A stretch of 47,925 bases of DNA from a virus. Lineage: Duplodnaviria > Heunggongvirae > Uroviricota > Caudoviricetes. Both the position numbers and the translations under genes were made by a program. The stretch lies in the IMG/VR virus record IMGVR_UViG_3300045988_143263; one strand, written 5' to 3'. Positions 45,414 to 47,925 of this stretch are shown in pieces. How positions within the stretch are numbered: the first letter of the stretch is position 1; each line of letters starts with the position of its first letter. A model generated the notes under the pieces. The model worked only from the letters and a program-made list of their open reading frames with translations. It did no database searches and was not told the DNA's origin.

Positions 45414-46552
45414 AAACGCTTCCGACCGTTAACACCCTACAGCCTATCCTGCATAACCAGATCCCCGTTATCACTAGTGAACTTCTGGCGCAGTTATACG
45501 GAACAAAAATCAAAAACATTTCTGATAATTTTCTGAACAACACGACGCGATTCGTAGCCGGAAAGCATTACTTTAAAATTGAAAAAAACGAATTACGCGA
45601 GTTCAAGAACAGACCCGAAACAATCGGGTTAGTTGGTAAAAATGCCCGCTCCCTAATTCTCTGGACCGAACGCGGGGCTGCACGTCACGCTAAAATGCTC
45701 GAAACCGATCAGGCGTGGGATGTATTCGAACGGCTGGAAGACTGCTATTTCAACCAGAACGCGCAAACGGCCGCGACCGTAACCGTCTCGCCAAACAATG
45801 CTCGTGAGGTTGTCGATACGCTCAACGCCAAACCGATGTTTTACATTAAGGTGTGCAATAACGAGCCACTCACAACCTCAGCCGATGTTGCCCAGGCATT
45901 CAGCACCACAAACAATTCCATCGTTATGGCCATCGATGCGTTACGCATTCCTCGCACAGCTGCGGCGCGTCACTTCTTTAAAGAACAACGACCGCTGGAA
46001 GGAAGCGACCGCGAAATAACAATCTATCGCATGACAAAAGACGGATTTACCTTGCTCATGGAAAGTATCGACGGTCCAGGCGTGAAGGATATCAAGCTGG
46101 CCTACATTGAAGCCTTTAACGCTATCAGCAGCGTGTTAAAAACACAGTACGAGCGCGATCTGGCTAAACGACTGTACCAGGAAAAAACGATTATCCGCGC
46201 GGCAACAGAGCATAATCGGCTATTAACGGAACCGAACTACAGGAAGGAACTAATCAAGGAGTTTGACAAGGCAACAGGGAAAACCAAAGCGGCGCTAAAT
46301 CTGCCAGCAATGACTCAGGAAAATGTGATATCAGCCTTACTTCTTGATCTGCTCAGAAACGCCAGAGCACTGATCAGCTTTGACGAAAACCTGAATCCTC
46401 AGCTCAAGCTACTACCACCGACAGGCAAAGTAGTCGACCAGGCAGATCACAACAGCATACTCAGCGTACTGGATGCAAACCTGCCAGCCAGGACACTACA
46501 GGAGCTGATAAAAACATGTGCTGATAAGCTCGCACAGAAAAGCAGACCATAA
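45410..46552 (+). CDS. phage antirepressor (Ant-like, ORF6N/Rha-type domains)
   Basis: 380 aa; N-terminal segment ITSELLAQLYGTKIKNISDNF…FKIEKNEL and a second Rha-like region LTTSADVAQAFSTTNNSIVMAIDAL. Confidence 0.5.
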   Translation: MKTLPTVNTLQPILHNQIPVITSELLAQLYGTKIKNISDNFLNNTTRFVAGKHYFKIEKNELREFKNRPETIGLVGKNARSLILWTERGAARHAKMLETDQAWDVFERLEDCYFNQNAQTAATVTVSPNNAREVVDTLNAKPMFYIKVCNNEPLTTSADVAQAFSTTNNSIVMAIDALRIPRTAAARHFFKEQRPLEGSDREITIYRMTKDGFTLLMESIDGPGVKDIKLAYIEAFNAISSVLKTQYERDLAKRLYQEKTIIRAATEHNRLLTEPNYRKELIKEFDKATGKTKAALNLPAMTQENVISALLLDLLRNARALISFDENLNPQLKLLPPTGKVVDQADHNSILSVLDANLPARTLQELIKTCADKLAQKSRP

Positions 46553-47087
46553 CAACAAAGGGGCTACGGCCCCTTTAAGACACACCCCCCCTCCCCCCAT
46601 ACAGGGTGCCCTTTACCGGAGTTCCGGCCCCTTCTCAAAAGCATCAAAAAAAGCTCGAGATAGAGTACCGGAACTCATGCCACCAGATAGCTCCACATCG
46701 TTTCCAATGCTTCGCCGCCGTGTGCGCCCTGTGGCCCACAATCATGCCATTGGTCGTCTGATATACCTTCTTCTGCTCATAGAGCACAGGCGAGTTGTCG
46801 CACTCCTGCCTTTCTCAGACTCGACTTAGTTTAGATCGCTGTTCCTGGCTTGCGTCAGCACACTTTCCCCTTGTACGCATACCCGCGCGCCACTTCGCCC
46901 AAAAACACCGAACCCAACGAAGTGGCAAAGACAACGACGCGAGCGTGAGTCTGAAATGGGCACCAGTAAAAAAGGGGTTGCAGGCGCAAAAAGATTTGAT
47001 TATCTTTAGACGCAAGAAAGCCGCCCCAATCAAGAGGTGTCTTTTTAAATCCAGCCTACCAAGCAAGATTTAAATTTCAGACTGAAA

Positions 47088-47109
47088 ACCGCCCGGCAAG
47101 GCGGTTTTT
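47088..47109. terminator. bidirectional rho-independent terminator
   Basis: accgcc-cggcaa-ggcggt hairpin followed by T5 on plus strand; ~50 nt past the stop of the minus-strand HTH gene. Confidence 0.45.
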
Positions 47110-47157
47110 GTCTTTCTGGCGCTTACATTACACCACCATAAAACGATCCGTAAAGGA

Positions 47158-47430
47158 TCATTTGATCCCTTGTTCCAATTCTGCCGACACTTTAACCTTT
47201 TCCCATACAAGGGTTTGCAGCCTTAACAGAATCGCATCTTTATCAAGGTGTGAAAGATCCTTCACCATATCGTCAAACGACAGAACGCGAATGGCCATCT
47301 CAATGACCCTCGGCGGCTCCCCCTTCTCATATCGCTTATATGTAGCCAACGATATCCCAAATTCTTCGGCGGCTCGCTCCTGCGTCCAGTTCATCCCACG
47401 ACGCCATAATTTCAATTCATAACCCGTCAT
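47158..47430 (-). CDS. HTH XRE-family regulator (start trimmed to MTGYELK)
   Basis: ~90 aa; HTH GMNWTQERAAEEFGISLATYKRYEKG; strong GAGGAGG RBS upstream of ATG 47430; ORF-track start at 47463 is a TTG. Confidence 0.5.
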   Translation of the reverse strand: MTGYELKLWRRGMNWTQERAAEEFGISLATYKRYEKGEPPRVIEMAIRVLSFDDMVKDLSHLDKDAILLRLQTLVWEKVKVSAELEQGIK

Positions 47431-47458
47431 AGCACCCTCCTCGCACAATATTAACACT

Positions 47459-47485
47459 CGCAAAGTGTCAAAATGACACTTTGCG
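47459..47485. promoter_or_regulatory. 27-bp perfect palindrome operator overlapping a TTGACA -35 box
   Basis: cgcaaagtgtca-aaa-tgacactttgcg; the minus strand reads TTGACA within the left arm; ~30 nt upstream of the HTH gene. Confidence 0.5.
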
Positions 47486-47493
47486 CATTGTGT

Positions 47494-47874
47494 TTACTTA
47501 ACGAGGAATAAAAATGGTTTATTGTTCGGCGGTGTAATCGGGGCTGGCTCGCTTTTGCTCATGCGATCAGTGTACCAGGCCAACTCCTTGTCAAAGTAAG
47601 CCTGATTAAAATAGGCCATGAATGTAGTTTCAAATCCATAACGACCGCTAATACGCAGCATCTGATTGCCGTTCTCTGTTTCCAGATATACCTGGGCACG
47701 TTCCTGATTCTCCTTCAGCCAGGTTAAAGCCTCATCGCATGAGGACACACGATACTCATCATCGTAGCAGTCATCGATGCGGCTTGAGGAAGAACGGCAA
47801 ATCACGCCAACAGAACCAGCCAGGATAGTTTGAATTTTAAGGAAAGCGTTTTTGCGGATTTTAATCATGCTCAT
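47494..47874 (-). CDS. hypothetical protein (first gene downstream of a repeated promoter-leader cassette)
   Basis: 126-aa ORF; ATG at 47872..47874 directly follows the conserved leader …ccggagataacccg. Confidence 0.4.
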   Translation of the reverse strand: MSMIKIRKNAFLKIQTILAGSVGVICRSSSSRIDDCYDDEYRVSSCDEALTWLKENQERAQVYLETENGNQMLRISGRYGFETTFMAYFNQAYFDKELAWYTDRMSKSEPAPITPPNNKPFLFLVK

Positions 47875-47925
47875 CGGGTTATCTCCGGTTTAACCAGGGC
47901 GGGTATCGCTCGGTTTCGGGTATAA
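47875..47925 (-). promoter_or_regulatory. 5' half of repeated promoter-leader cassette (partial copy at window end)
   Basis: Identical to 32144..32194 and near-identical to 38527..38578; continues into window positions 1..60 if the replicon is circular. Confidence 0.5.

Noticed and set aside
1-47925. CRISPR arrays, integrase/att sites, reverse transcriptase, large ATPase or nuclease defence genes
   Set aside because: Looked for regularly spaced direct repeats, tyrosine/serine integrase signatures (other than the invertase) and large enzymatic ORFs outside the structural module; none found.

Overview
This ~48-kb window reads as a near-complete temperate phage-plasmid genome (P1-type lifestyle, mosaic gene content). 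Calls rest on reading the six-frame translations and the DNA by eye; no database search was run, so family names are recognition-based. Replication and maintenance: an IncFII-type RepA with a CopA-like antisense hairpin and terminator in its leader, a DnaA box and AT-rich origin region, a ParA/ParG-like partition cassette flanked by AT-rich iterons, and a HigB/HigA-like toxin-antitoxin pair. Regulation: a divergent CI (HTH + S24) / Cro-like switch with ACCAC-N5-GTGGT operators, a P1 immI-like small RNA / Icd-like / antirepressor region, and a Q-like antiterminator. Late functions, almost all on the minus strand: holin-endolysin-spanin lysis cassette, a tRNA with CAU anticodon, MT-A70 adenine methyltransferase, three ParB-nuclease-domain proteins (one fused to a SAM methyltransferase), a lambda-like packaging/head module, a Mu/P2-like contractile tail, and a Gin/Cin-family invertase next to a ~3.1-kb invertible tail-fibre segment bounded by gix-like sites. 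The two window ends are the two halves of a ~110-bp promoter-leader cassette that recurs upstream of three minus-strand genes, consistent with a circular replicon. The best candidates for undescribed functions are that repeated cassette, a genome-wide AT-rich motif family, and several clusters of small uncharacterised ORFs (30.4-32.1 kb, 35.4-38.5 kb, 43.7-44.8 kb, 47.2-47.9 kb).
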